Position numbers and translations under genes: made by a program
The notes under the pieces: generated by a model
Databases searched by the model: none
The model's input: only the letters and a program-made list of their open reading frames with translations
Told to the model about the DNA's origin: nothing
Assembly (NCBI RefSeq): GCF_009834535.1
Contig: NC_045707.1
Coordinates: forward strand, 52,082,001 to 52,146,000
Direction of reading: 5' to 3'
DNA length: 64,000 nt
Source of the DNA: Camelus ferus
Taxonomy: Eukaryota
Shown: one piece after another, positions 1 to 13,735 of the stretch
Position numbering within the stretch: position 1 is the first letter of the stretch
Layout of the letters: each line of letters begins with the position of its first letter

Positions 1-687
1 CATAGGACCTTCTGTTCAGTGTTTTAAAAGAATCTATAAAATAATGGCCATTACATTTAAATGAGATCAGATTTCCAGTTAAATATCACTACTTCCTTTA
101 GTCTGGTTCTTGGTCAAGGATAAGCTTAAAGATATCCAATTTAATTTTATGTTCAAAGTACATGTTCTTGGGTGGGTTCACAACGTCTACAAGCTTTGCT
201 CTCTTCTAAAGGAAAAGTGATATATAGCATATATATCTGCACCCATATAGCATATGTAAATCTGTATCTATGCACCTACACATATTCTATTGAGATTTTA
301 GATTTTGTCCAATATTGCATAACTCAATTTAAAATAATTGTCTAAATTCTAAATAAGTTGGTTGAGTTCAAAATATGTCTTATAAACACCCATTACATAA
401 GAGATTTTCTGTTAATAACTAGAAATAAAATGCTCAATGATGTTTGCCCCTCCCATCAAGACCTTAGAGCTTATTGAGTAAACAGAATCTCTAAATAGAT
501 TATTTCAAGAAAGTAAAAAACTAATATAATAAAGGTAATTCCTGAGTGTTTGGGACACTCAAAGCAGTCTGAAATATAGTTTTCTCGAGGAAATAACTCT
601 CTTGTTGCCTCTCAAAAGATGCTTAGATGTAAATATTAGAAACATGAAGAGCAAGTAGGTATTTAGAAAAGGCCACCTAATAGAAAT

Positions 688-1036
688 CAGTTGTTTTTAT
701 TGTTATAAAACTGAAAATTGAAAAAGTTACATCTGTTAATTTCCTGTAAAAGTACAGCAAGACTTACCATAGAAAGGCCCCCCCAAAACCATTGTAATGC
801 ATTAAAAAAAAGTACTCAGTGAAATCAAGGACTACACATTTATGAGTATACATAGGGGAAAAAAATAACTAAATTTAACGAACATCTGATGTTTTTACAA
901 CTTGTAGTTTATTTACCCTTTATCTAGTAAAATAGTGTTTATTGTTCTGGGTAAACATATGCATTACGTGGGGACAGTAACTCAACTCAAATTGTAACAT
1001 GTGAAGATAATCAGTGCATCTTATAGTCAATTAAAC
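688..1036. mobile_element. Possible TcMar-Tc2 (MER104/Kanga-like) DNA transposon remnant
   Basis: The right end 'gtgcatcttatagtcaattaaa' resembles the recalled Tc2-family terminus. The left terminus is poorly preserved. Confidence 0.3.
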
Positions 1037-1336
1037 TCAAGTAGAATTGTATAGGAATCCTAGAAAATACACTCTTAAAGGCAGGCACAGACTTAATTTA
1101 AAATTACAGAACTGAGACAGAATTTAAAATGGCAGAACTGAGAAAAGAGAAAAATCAGTTCCCAATGATCAGTATCATTTAAAACCTTGATAAATTTGCA
1201 TAAAAACCTAGTTGTCTCTGGATTTATAAATTTTGTAAAGCAAAAAATCCCCTGGTTCCTTGAGAGAGTGTGGTTTAAGTTTGACTTGTTTTAATTTTAA
1301 AATATCCTATTGATGATACATGAAATAATCAAAGAA

Positions 1337-1810
1337 GTATCAGTTAGTTTTTGCTGCACAAAAAACATCCAAAATTTAATACTTGAGAAGAATTTGTTGC
1401 TCTTGATGATTCTTTGGGTGACTGGATAGTCTATCTCTGTTCTCGCCTGAGCTCACTTGGGGACGACAGTCCCCTGGGGAGCCAGCAGGGACCAGTCTCA
1501 GCTGACCCAGTTGGCATGTTTTTCTACACATCTCTCACCTTTCATAAAGCTAGTTTGTGCCTAATCACACCATTGTCCCAGGGTTGTCAAGAGCGAAAGA
1601 GAGCAAGCCTCCGTGAGCAAGGGTTCTGAAAAGCTTTGCTTGTGTCACCTTGGCTAAATTCCCACCGACCAAACAAATCTGCATGGTCAAGTCCAGATAT
1701 GAGGGGTAGAGATACACACTTCACCTCTTGATTGCAGAAGTTGCAAAGTCGTATTGCAAAGAGTGTAAATACAGGGATGGAAGAAATATGTAACATTTTT
1801 GCAATCTAGT
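1337..1810 (-). mobile_element. MaLR solo LTR (MLT1G/H/J-like)
   Basis: Starts 'gtatcagttagtttttgctgc' and contains 'catggtcaagtccaga…cacctcttgat…gttgcaaagtc…attgcaaagag', the typical reverse complement of old MLT1 LTRs. Confidence 0.7.
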
Positions 1811-3479
1811 TTAGTGGGTTTTAGGGTAAATAACAGAGTGAAAAAGAGAAAATATTTGCAGAAGGTAAAAGAATGTAGAATATAAAATGGCCAGGGCTGC
1901 ATAAAATGTGTCATTAGATCAACTCACAACATTAAAAAATAGAAATGAGATGCATTTATTGGTATCCTATAAGAGTTCCTTTTTTTCAAGAGTATTTGTG
2001 GTCTGTTTATACTACCTTGAGTGACTGATCAGTATTCAGATTGACTTATAATAGTTGTTGATGGAATTTTGAGATTTCATAGAAAGTAAGTTTCACAGCC
2101 ATGTTTTCATATTTATAAGTAGATGTCCAACATTACCCACCTTCTTCCCATAACTCTTATAATCTGGAATATAGTACATGCCAACGAATCTTTATTGAAT
2201 AAATTTAGGTGAATTTTTATTCCAGGTAATATGCAAGAACACCAAAATAGTAATTTATTCAGATAAAACCCCACTTACTCTGATTTTTAACCATAGCCAT
2301 TTACTATTTTTCTTGCCAATGCTGCTTGCCAAGGCTAATAGATTTTGGTTGATTATTGCCCACTCTCATTTTTTTTCTTAATTAGTCATAATCATAATAA
2401 TCTTGATGGAATTTCCCCTATTTTCTCAATTATTTTGCAGGACAACCCTAGGAAAAATGCTGCAATCAAAAGAAATACTTTTTTTCCTTTTCAATCTTGC
2501 CTCTAAACTAACCTCATGAGGCTTCAGAAGTTACTGTTATCCATGTAGTAGTTCTAACTGCAACTGATTGGGTCATAACTGAATATACAGAGAAAAACAG
2601 GAATCCTTTTCTTTTGGGAAATTCTGATAATTGCAGAATAGTGCCAGCGAGCATGTTAAGCATAGGTATTATCTATTTTGAGTAGGAGAAAATAACTAGA
2701 ATCTCACTAAACAGTATTGTTTTGAACTTTCTAATATGGTTACATTTCACTTTTGAAAATAAGTGTAAAAGGTCACTGCTATCAAGAAGAGTGAAATGTA
2801 GAAAGTATCTGCCATATAGATTTGGTGTAGGATCATAAAATGTTGAATTCTAAAATTTAAAAACAGATTTATGAGAGAGATACTTCCATGTAATTTCACA
2901 GCCCTGAATACCTTAAAATCTTGCTGAGCTTTTTAAGTTTGCAGATTTAAGGAGGTATAGAGGACAGGAATAGAAATTAGGAATGGAAATTATTACCAAG
3001 AGTTCATTTCATTGCTTGCTGAATATTGTTTGTTGTCTGAAAATGCCCTGACACAGGTGACTGATTTTTACCACAGAGAATTTTCTCAATAATAGTCCCA
3101 TGTTACGTTGAAACAATTTGAACTTCATAATTCCAAAAACATTAATGAGAAAAATATATTTAATGTTGCTTATAATTTTACATTCAAACATTATGTAATA
3201 CATGAGTGATCTGAGTAAAATAAAAATTTAGTATTTCAGTTGTAAATAGTCTCTGTATCCCCCATCTCAGGCTAGTACACAGAAGTAAGCACTGCTAAAG
3301 ATAGTGTTTGATCCATTAGACTTTTTTCTTTGTATTTTTAAATAATAAATATCTCTACTTGCTATATCATATATGTAATATATTCTTAAGCTATTACTAT
3401 ATAGTCTATTAATATCATGTATTCTTTAAATGTTTTATGGATATGATTTTGGTAATTATTTACATATATAGGATCATAT

Positions 3480-4520
3480 GTGTATATTATCTTATGACCT
3501 GCGTTTTAAAAAATATTTATGTTGTGACACAACACACAGGGAATGCAGAAATCACAACTGGTCAGCTTAGTGATTGTATAACCACCACCCAACTCAAGAT
3601 ACAGACCATGACTAGCCCATGTGAATTTCCCATCTGTGCTTCTTTCTTTGTAAACCTAATCTCAGATCAGGGTTTCTAACACCACAGGTTAGATTTGCAT
3701 GCACTTTCAATTAAACTGAAAAATTTGGGTCTACTTGCATTCATAGACATCGTATAAACATGATTAACCTCGTTTTGTATGCCATTCATTCGTTTCATTG
3801 ATGATAAAGGTGTAACATAATCTGTTCATTGTACAATTGATGAACTTTGGGTTGTAAGAATGCTAGTACGAACATTCTCATATATGTTTTGTAGTACACA
3901 TAGGCTTGCATTTTGCTGGCTGATGTTTATGAGTAGGGTTACAGCATATGCATATGTCTATCTTTAGTAGATAATGACTAAGACGTTTCCAAAACTGTAG
4001 TATCAATTTGAACTTCCTTTAGTAATATAGGAGGTAGGCTAATGTTTTACATTGTTACCAACATTTGATATTGCTATCCTCTTTAACTCTACTCATTCTG
4101 AGCTATATGTAATAGTACATAATTCTGGTTTTCATTTTGATTTCCTAATTAGAAATGAGCACTTTCTAATGAGGTTGAGCACTTAAAAATATATTTATTG
4201 GCCATTGGCATATCCTTTTCTTGAGAATTCCTGTTCAGTCCTTGTACTGCACTTTATTAGTAAAGTCCTTGTACTTTATTATTATTGATTTGTGGGAACT
4301 TTATTGTACTATGAATATAAACCTTTCGTTGGCTGTGAGTGTTGTCTTCCATTTGGAAGATTATTTTTCCATTCACACATGGTTTCTTTCGATTAACAGA
4401 CATCTTAACTGTAATGTAGTTAAAGTAATTGTTCTGTTTGTTGTCGTTCTCTAATCCAAGCTTGTAAACATGACTTTTAAAAAATAACCTACAATTTGAA
4501 TTATCATTTACATTTAACAT
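3480..4520 (-). mobile_element. Old L1 (L1ME-like) 3' region, decayed
   Basis: Antisense L1 3'/ORF2-end phrases ('gaacattctcatatatgttttgtagtacac', 'aatgaggttgagcac…tttattggccatt'). Confidence 0.6.
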
Positions 4521-4539
4521 TAAAATTCACATATAATTT

Positions 4540-5252
4540 AATTTTATTACTTTTTAGATAAAATTTATATAACAAAATTACCTTTGAAAGTGTACAATTC
4601 AGTGATTTTTAGTATATTCACAGAGTTGTACAACGATCACATTATCTAATTCCAGAATATTTTTCATCAACCCAAAATGAAATCAGGTATCCATTAGCAG
4701 TCACTCCTAATTTCCTCCTCCTACCAAGCCTCTTACATCACTAAATTACTGCCTGTCTCTGTTGATTTGTCTGTTCTGGGCATTTCATATAAATAGAGTC
4801 ATACAGTAATTGGCCTTTTGTATCTGGCTTCTTTCATTTAGTATAATGATTTCAAAGTTTTTCTGTGTTGTACTGTCTCCATATGGATTCTTTTTGTGGC
4901 AATATTACTCCATTGTGTGGGCATACTACATCTTGTTTATTCGTCAATTAATGGACATTGTGCTTTTTACCTTTGGCTATTATGAATAATGTGGCTATAA
5001 ACATTCTTGTGTAAGTTTTGTGTTTAGATATGTTTTCAGTTTTCTCAGGAATCTGCTTGGGAGTAGAATTGCTGAGTCATCTGATAACATTACACTGAAC
5101 TTTCTGAAGACTGCTAAAGCATTTTTCAAAGCTACTGCCCCATTTTACATACCTAGCAGCAATGTATGAAGGTCCTAATTTCTCCATTTCCTCACCAACA
5201 TGTTATTTTCTTTCTGATTACAGCCAATCTAGTGGGTGTATTGTATCCCATA
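4540..5252 (-). mobile_element. L1MB-like 3' end
   Basis: 'aagtgtacaattcagtgatttttagtatattcacagagttgtacaac…' through 'cagcaatgtatgaaggtcctaatttctccatttcctcaccaaca'; classic antisense L1MB 3'UTR plus ORF2 C-terminus. Confidence 0.85.
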
Positions 5253-6559
5253 GAGAGAGACAGATGTCTAGATATAGATATACTACACATACATTTAAAA
5301 ACATTAAAAAATGTTCAGTGTTGTGAAACCAACAGTGATGTGATGAGCAGCGTAATCTAAGATGAAAAGGGAAAGAAAGAAAAAAATGAAAACATGAGGT
5401 TGAATATAAAAAGAGTTTGAATGATATCCCTATTGCCAAATTTGTAGTAACTGGTCTAACTAGGTCTCTTGACTCCTTTAAAGTATCCTGCAGCAACACT
5501 ATTAATTTCAACTTAATTTGTAAAATACCCTCTGTCTTCGGGGAAATGCTACAGATTGCAACCCTTAATTCACCAACACTCAGAATACTATTTAAAACAT
5601 GCAAAATATTTCCAAAGAAATATGACCATATACAGAACCACTGGCAAGTCTTCTTACCCATGTATTATTTAAACTATTAATTTCTCCTTATTTAAATATT
5701 AACCTCCATTACTAACCAGGGGAATCTTTGAGTTACCAATTCTTTTTTTGTGAGAGTTATACGTTTTGCTTTTACCAGACATTTTCTGCTGATTTGCTGA
5801 TTACTTGTCTATCTTCCTGACTTTATCATAGCAATTCTATTTCCAGCTAAGCATAGTTGCCTGTAGAGCTTTGTAATTCTTCTTCGTTCTGTTTCTTCAG
5901 TCAGCCAGAGGAAAGCAATCAAAATCAGCGCTGTCGTTCTCTCTCCTCATGCATTTCTAGCAGAGATCAGTGCTTCACCTTAGGAGTCTTGAAACTTAAG
6001 TGTTATAGGCAGTTTGAGATAACTTTCCATTTATTTTAGACCTTCTAACAGTAATCAGTTTGATGTGTTTCTATTTAAGCTTTATTCAATCAAAATACCT
6101 CCAGTGTCTATTTCTATAGTTAGTTACCCTGTAGTGGGTTTAACTTGAGAATAAATGGTAAGCAGTGGTTATTAAAACCAGTTCTGCTTAGTATGTATCC
6201 TAAAACTGCTTTTTACAAAGTAGATGCTCAATTAGTATCTTGACAAAACAAATACAATGAATGGTCAAAAATAAAATCTCAAAGTAGAGAAAGTTTAATA
6301 TCTACTTGCCTCTAATTAAACCAAATCACCCATTTTAGTATCATTTTTAAAATTCTGACACTTCTCAGCCACTTGTATCTACTCAGGGACTCCTGTAACC
6401 ACCAAAATCAAACACTTCATCTATATGCTATATACATATTAACTGGCTTAAGAATAATAATCTACCAAAATTTTACCTGACAAGTAAAATATTGACCTAT
6501 AAAGTGTGACTTTCATAGGATTTTTCAGTGTAAAACAGAATTATGTAACTTTTTCTGCA

Positions 6560-9500
6560 CCTAAAGTGGAGGCAGGTAACATAGAAAAGAGTTGAAAAGA
6601 GTGGATACATGTCAATCAAAAGTATCTTATACAATGGTTAAAACCTTGAAGAATCATCTGTGAGGAGGGCAGTGAGGTACTGTAATTGGTGACCACCTAC
6701 TAGATTTATGACTATAGTAGGTGGATGAATGGTTTTCTGACAGCGAGGGAGTAAAAGTAATCTTAGTAGAAGTTTGGGAAAGAGAATGGCTTCTAGGCAG
6801 ATAAAAAAATAAATTTGTCTACTAAATGTAATTCAGTTATAAAAAACATGAAATTTCAATAGGTTCATTCTAGATTTCATTCGTGTATTTGTAGACATTG
6901 CCTTGGACAATTAATTGTTTTAGGACCTGGCAAACAAATATAACTAAAATTTGAGCAAAGTCGCAAAGGAGATTAAAACACAGAGATGGTCTTTTCTTTT
7001 TCAGTTGTATTGCAGAGGAAATTCAAATGCCATTTGGTCTTTACATGATTAGATATGTAATAATTTTCCATGATGTGGCTTCAAGGATACCTATTGTAAT
7101 CAACTGGTGCCAGGTGATTTAGATTGAATGAAAGTATTAGGAAATGTACTCAAATACATTGACAATATATGAATTCTTAATTCATTAAAAATAATTTTGA
7201 ATCTGATGGAAGCTCAAGAGACGGTAGAATTGGCTGATAGTTATATAAAGATTCAAAGGCTTAAATAACAAAAGAGAAAAAAGGAGGTTATTTAGGTTGG
7301 AGTTGCTAGAAACATCTAGTAATTTATTTTTACTTTTTGGACTATGTCAATTAATGCTTCCTGGGTCTAATAGGATTTTAGAAAATCCCGATGTATATTT
7401 ATGACTATTTGGGGAAACCCTCTTACTCATCTCATGCTGTAATAACAGAAATTCCATAGACATAGTACCTTAAATAAAAAAATTATTTCTTATAGTTCTG
7501 GAGGCTGGGAAGTACAAGATTAAGGTGCTGGTCAATTTGGTTCCTGTTGAGTGTCCTCTTCCTGGCTTGCAGGTGGCTGGCTGCCTTCTTTCCATGTGCT
7601 CGCATGGCCTTTCCTCACTGCTAGAGAAAAAGTGCAAGCTTTTGGCATTTCTTCATCTAAGGGCATTAATCCCATCATGAGGATCTCACCTTCATGACCT
7701 CATCTAATCTTAATTATCTCCTAAAGGCCTCATCTCTAAATGCCATCACACTGGGGGTTAGTGCTTTAACTTATGAATTTCTTTAGGAAAACAACATTCA
7801 GTCCATAATAGGGACCCTGTGTGCACTAACATCACTTTGAGGGATATGAGCAAATGTCGTGAGTGGTATCAGAAAGCTTTTCCGTAAGGAAGTTGATGAT
7901 CAACAAAGCTCTCAAACTGATGAATGGGTATTTTTAGGAAGATACTGGGGCCATGAAACAGAGGCTATTATATTCCTTAAGGGCCCATTTCCATTTCCTC
8001 CTGATATTTAATTCCTGCCATAGTTTATGCAGCCATTCCCTGCATTTGATTCTTTGTCAGATTCAAAACAAAATGTAGGTGGTTTATAGATAGAAATAAT
8101 AAGATGATCAATGAAAAAAGCGACAAAAACCAGTTGAGCAAAGAAAGTAAATCTACTTAAAGGGTCAAAGTAGATGCTGTGTGTCTGGCTATGTTTGCTC
8201 TGTTCACTGAAACTAATCACCCACAAGTGGTACAACTTTTTGGTCACTTAGGAAAAGAAATAATTGAACACAGAAAGAAGGGATCATCCAAAGTCCTATA
8301 ATGCAGAGACAGGAGTTATGAAAGTTTTTGTAGTCCTATCAGACCAAGATGTATGTAGACAATGTGGGTGAAATCTGTCTACTTCTAAGGGAGATGTGCT
8401 AATGATCTACATAGTTTTGGTAGGTTCTGAGTTAATATAATTTATGGGAAAAACATTTATTAGAATTTAAAAATCATTGATCAGATGATTACAGGAAATA
8501 AAATCTGGGTGTCATTTTAACTGGCTTGGGAATCTCAACAAATTATATCAAATATATTTGAAATGTAAGCAGTGGGAAGGAAAAAACTGTCACGAAGCAG
8601 TTAGGTAGATTCTCTATTTCAGAAATTGAGTTCCATGATGAGAAAAGCTTTGTAAATCTGGTCTAATTATAACTTCAAAGTTCGGGGCTATTTGGCTAGA
8701 ATTCACACATTAAGATAATCCTGGTTATTCACTTTAGAAGAGGTTCTCATTATGTTAACAGAAGTAGAATCAAAATTGTATCCTATCCTAGAATTGTATG
8801 AAATCCTAGAATACCAAGCTAAAAAAAATATGAAAAAGGTATGGAATTTGGAGTTTTGAAAATATAAAAAGAAAATATAGCTTACAGTATAGCTTCCTCG
8901 CAGTTTTAGTAGTGTGCATAAATGTTTCTGTTCAATATTCAATTAGTAGGAATGATCCAGATTGAAGAAGATCAGAGGCTAATGCCCATGGGCTATCAGG
9001 AGCCTGTAATTAATAGATGCTACTTTGCAACTCATTTCTTTACTGAACTGGCCTTTTATAATCAGTCAGTGGTTATGACCCCAGAAATATTTTGAAATGT
9101 GATCACTGAAACTTGGTCTCTTGTGTATAATCCTCTTTCTGCCTGGTATAGGGATCAAAAAAGAGACTATTTCTGGAAAGGAAATATATTTACTAATGAC
9201 CAGATCTTGGTATAAGCAAATCACTTAAACGTTGCACTCTACTGCCGGTGGTATAGTTATAGATGTATTCTAAGACGCAATGAATGCTTGTGAAATATTT
9301 TATTAATATTGACTGTGTAACTGATTTGCATTGATAACTTGAAATGATAAACCCTAGCTTCCCAAAATATAGAAAACAACTGTCCAAGTTACACATGATT
9401 GAAGATAAAGTCACAAATCAGCAAATCAATCTACTTGCTAGAAGCAATACATGGTCTTACAAAAAGGTGACAAACAAATTATTCAGTTGATTAAACAATA

Positions 9501-10340
9501 CGAAACATTCTTTCAGAAAGAATGGAAAACTGTAGTTTATTTACCTCATACTGTTTTTCTCAATCTAATTATCCCATTGGGCATTCCATGGAGGTGTTAA
9601 CATGGTAATAAAAAATGTTTGAGATGTTATCAGAGATATTGTCATTATTGTACAGGCTTATAAAGAAAAAAGCCAATGAGTTAATAGGGTAATCATAGGT
9701 AATTGCTGGCCAAGAGATGTATTGGATTTCAGGGAAACATAAGACTTAATCCTAAGTATGAAGGAACCTCAGGGAAAACTACTGCAGTCACCTGCAGGCT
9801 AATCTAGCCTAAAATACCTGCTTAGAGTGGTAAGCGTCCTTGTACAGACAAGTTACGTGCTGGTAAATGTGATGGATGTGAACATTCCTAGAGAAAGGTA
9901 TATTCAAATTATATTATTGTACCTGATGTATGACTGCATGGACTGAGCAGGCTGACGTTAGCTGGAATTGCTCTATGCCCTCTCCTATCTGGGAGTAGCC
10001 ACAGGGTTTTAACCCTCTCTTTCCAGTCCACTGGTCAAAAGACTGGGTCTTCACCTTTATGAACTTATAAAATCGACATTTCACTTCTAGGGAATGGGAA
10101 AAATGGAGAATGACTTCATGAGCTGGGAATGTGCCATTGTATTCAACTATGCTGTACAGTCTCCCTGTTCATAAGGATAAATTGTCCTGTGTTTTCCTCT
10201 TGTTAAAGACACTAATTTAGCTCGCAGTTGGTATCTGTTCATCAGTTATCATCACCTTTGTGATAACAGTTTAGATATATAAAGAGAGAGCCAGAGACCA
10301 CTGGCCCAGAAAGAGGGAGACTTTTCGAAAGAAGACTGTA
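6560..10340 (+). mobile_element. Decayed Ty3/Gypsy LTR-retrotransposon internal region (pol: RT…integrase), MamGypsy-like; interrupted by MLT1A
   Basis: Frameshifted motifs in canonical order. RT: DLAN (6924-6935), MPFGL (7027-7041), YIDNI (7155-7169, cf. YxDD), YLG (7289-7297), FLGLIGF (7358-7378). Integrase-like: YFWKG (9168-9182), KYFINIDCVT (9293-9322), EWKTVVYLPHTVFLN (9520-9564), LNPKYEG (9745-9765). Outer boundaries approximate. Confidence 0.7.
7421..7810 (-). mobile_element. MLT1A-type MaLR solo LTR inserted into the Gypsy pol
   Basis: 'ttatttcttatagttctggaggctgggaagtacaagattaaggtgc…aatcccatcatgagg…caacattcagtccataata' matches the MLT1A reverse complement. Confidence 0.9.
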
Positions 10341-10479
10341 AGGAAATGTATAAGGCAGCCTAATAGTTGAAGCAACTGAATTCATAAAGCAATCAGGCGT
10401 ATGATACAGAGTAGAAAATTTTACTAGATAACAACAGCACTAGAGTTAGAATTATTGTGAACATGCCTTTGCCAACCAA

Positions 10480-11216
10480 GATTATAAACTTTTACTTGTA
10501 TTAGTTAATTTAATCCTCATGTGTGAGACATGCTGTAAGGTGAACCCTCAGTGAGTCATACGTTTACGTATCTCCTTTGCTTTGTGGTAGGCAGAACCTG
10601 TGACTTGCTGCAAGCCAGTAGCATATGGGGAAAATAACGGGACACTTACTCCTGTGATTATTTTAGCTTGGATAAGAGTCCATCTGTGCAGACAGGAATA
10701 AGAGATCCTCCAGCTGGCCCTGAAGAAGTAGAAACTGTCATATTGTCAGAGGACCCGTGAGAGAGACTAGGCGAGGGCTTCCTGCAAGCAATTGCAGGAG
10801 GCTTCCAGTAGCTGAGAGCAGTTCTGGGATGGAAGTCAGCAAGAAAACCAGAACCTCATTCTCACAAACACAAGGCAGTGAATTCAGCTAACAATTGCAT
10901 GAGGTTTAAAGAGGACATCAATCTCCAGAAAGGAATGCAGCCTGGCCAAAATCGATGGCAGCCTCTGTGAACCTAAGAGTTAATGTCCAGCCTTCTGACT
11001 GACAGAAACTACCAGATAATAAATATATGTTGTTTGAATCTGCTAAATTTTCAGTAATTTGTTATGAAACAATAAATGATTAATATATTTTAAAAGAATA
11101 ACAGGAATTCAGTACTATTATTTCTTATTCCATATTATCACTGAAGTATAGAGAGATTAAATAACTTCATCAAGTTTACACAGCTAGTAAGTGGTGGGAC
11201 TAGGATCTGAACCCAC
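10480..11216 (-). mobile_element. MIR SINE split by the MLT1 LTR (pieces ~10480-10519 and ~11110-11216)
   Basis: 'tttaatcctca' on the left; 'actgaagtatagagagattaaataacttc…acacagctagtaagtggtgggactaggatctgaaccca' on the right. Confidence 0.65.
10520..11087 (+). mobile_element. MLT1E/F-type MaLR solo LTR, nested in a MIR
   Basis: 'gtaaggtgaaccctcagtgagtca…gctgagagcag…cagcaagaaaacca…ataataaatatatgttgtttgaatctgctaaattttcagtaatttgttat'. Confidence 0.8.
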
Positions 11217-13344
11217 ATAACATCTAGTACAAAGAAAAGATGAGAATGGATGTCTATAATCTTGAGTTTACACATAGAAAACTAAAAAATTCACTGTTAA
11301 CCAAAAATTCTGTTAGGCTACAAATTGGATATGTCCTCTAAATGACTGTGAATCTATTACCTGATTCTCAATACAGCTAGTGGGACTATATCCTATTTTT
11401 TATATCTCGTATATACATACAATAGCTCCATTTAATTAGTTTAACCAGAAATGCTTTTCTTCCTCTGTTTTTTTTTTTTTTTTCCTTCACCTCAGTGTGT
11501 TAGGAACATCTATGGGAAGGTCCATTTATATTTTGCCTACTACCCATTACAACAGTAAGAAATGCCTTGGATAAAGTGAAGGAATTCACACATTATATAT
11601 GGAATTACAGGACATTTTAGTGATCTGGGAATTTAACTTTACCCCTAAGCTTCTAAGATATACTCCGAGTATTATGGCTGAACAACACAATATGATTTAA
11701 TTTTCAGGGTCTAGTTTACCCATTGGGTTTTAGGTAAAGCTAACATCTTAAGCACAGTAACAGTAAAACCAAATTACTTCAGATTTAAATACCCATCTAA
11801 CACTTTTTGAATGCAGCTAAACTGACACAGTATTCTATAATCACAAAGCTAAAATCTTGAAAGGGATTTTGTGTTAATTTACTATATCTAATTATAGTTG
11901 AGATTACTGGCAGTTTTATTGCATCCTAAAGGGGAAAATTCAGAGTAAATTGCATTACGTTCTTAATAACGAGTATTTGAGAGAATTGTTTTCACAGTGT
12001 CTTGCTATTCACCTCAAACTGTGCCACCGACTTTGAGATTTAGAAGGTGCTGAGAGAATAATATTTAAGTATTCCTACAAGTATAAAAAGGAAAGGCGAT
12101 TCCTGTGGTTAATTTTTAAATCATCTATGATGCTTGAAATGACTGGAAACAAAGAGAGAGCACATACAGACTAATTATGTATCTTAAAATTAGCTAATAT
12201 TAAAATATTTTTATGGCCATAGAATTAAAATATTTAAAAAGACAAAATGGGTGAGAAGGGCAATAATATGATTCATTGCCAACATTCTATTATGTCTTTA
12301 GCCCTCTTAGCTGGAAACGTGCAAAAATTAATTATTTTTAAAGACATTTATTACCTTCTATTATAGTCATACATGACAGAATATAAAATAATTCACTTCA
12401 TAAACTATGATGTGTAATGAACTATCCCTTTAAAGCTTATCAATAAATGTTTGGTATGTATGTATAAAATAGGAAAATACATTTATTCTATACAATAAGA
12501 CAATAAGACACAATCTTTGTGTGTGGGTATTGTACCTTCAACATTAAATTCCAGTAGTTATTTCTCCCCGTTTTCAAATGCTTTGTGACATAATACTAGT
12601 TACTCTTCATTTAGTACTAACCATTTCCCGAATGTTTTGCTAATTATTTAGTATCTATAATCCTAATAATTATACTAGGAAATGTTAGAAAGGTTTAGTA
12701 ATTTGCTTAAACAAGTACACTGTAAAGCTGGAATTAAAATTCTGACCTGGATTACTTCAGATCCAGGCCTTCGCTCTGATATATGCATACTGCCTTGTAA
12801 TTTTCTCTTCAGTAGAGTAAAAACAGCCACAATCAAGACAACACAACAAGTTGTATAATAAAATTAGAAAATACTAAGGTCGTCCCCTTTGGAGAGAGTG
12901 AGAAGCACTTTACTCAAGTTCATTTCATCTTTTGGGGCATAATTCTTTTCAAGAAAGTAGGTTAAAATTTCGCTGTTTATTTTAAATTTAAAAAATACTT
13001 CAGGAAGAGAATTATGTTACTAATTCTCCTGAACTTAACTTTTCTTGTGAACTTACATGAACTTATTTTTCATATATTCATGTAAAATTTAATTTTATTT
13101 TCTATTTATAACTCTGTTATGTATTTGATTCTTATATCCCTAGGTAAAATAAAGTCTTTTTCAGGACAAGAATTTTTTTGTATAAGAATTTAAATTCATT
13201 ATTTTATCTATTGTGGTGTCTGGCTTGTATTAATATAGCCACTCCTGGTTTTCGTTAATTCATTTCTGCATTTTTCCATCCTTTTGCTTTTGACTATCTT
13301 AATACTTAAAGTAGATTTCTTGAAGAAAGCATATAGTTAATTCT

Positions 13345-13735
13345 TGGTTTTTTTGTAAATTATTTTATATATAGTAACACTGGTTTATAACATTATATGT
13401 TTCATGTGTACAACATTATCTTTCTACTTCTGTATACATTACAGCATGCTCACCACCAGAAATTTAATTTTCATCTGTCATTGCCGTATAATTGATCTCC
13501 GCTTTCCCCTCTGGTAACCACTACTCTGTTCTCTGTATCTATGTGTTTGTTTTTGTTTAGTGTGGTTTGTTAATTCGTTTTGTTTGTTTGATTATTTTTA
13601 TATTTTATGTTTGAGTGAAATCATACGGTATCTGTCTTTCTCCATCTGACTTAATTCACTTAGCGTAATACCCTCAAGGTCCATCCACGTTGTTGCAAAT
13701 GGCAAGATTTCATCTTTATTCATGAATGAATAGTA
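13345..13735 (-). mobile_element. L1 3' end (L1MA9-like/laurasiatherian), 5'-truncated
   Basis: T-run, then 'acactggtttataacattatatgtttcatgtgtacaacatt…ctgacttaattcacttagcgtaataccctcaaggtccatccacgttgttgcaaatggcaagatttc'. Confidence 0.85.

Noticed and set aside
1095..1143. Tandem near-duplication aatttaaaat(ta/gg)cagaactgaga, period 26
   Set aside because: Only two copies and no spacer structure; an ordinary local duplication, not an array or CRISPR.
2060..2092. Possible 3-nt microexon (catag|AAA|gtaagt)
   Set aside because: No real polypyrimidine tract upstream; such pairs are frequent by chance in AT-rich DNA.
5218..5661. Longest ORF (147 aa, minus strand)
   Set aside because: No recognisable domain, it runs into an L1 fragment and low-complexity sequence, and there are no convincing splice signals; consistent with chance.
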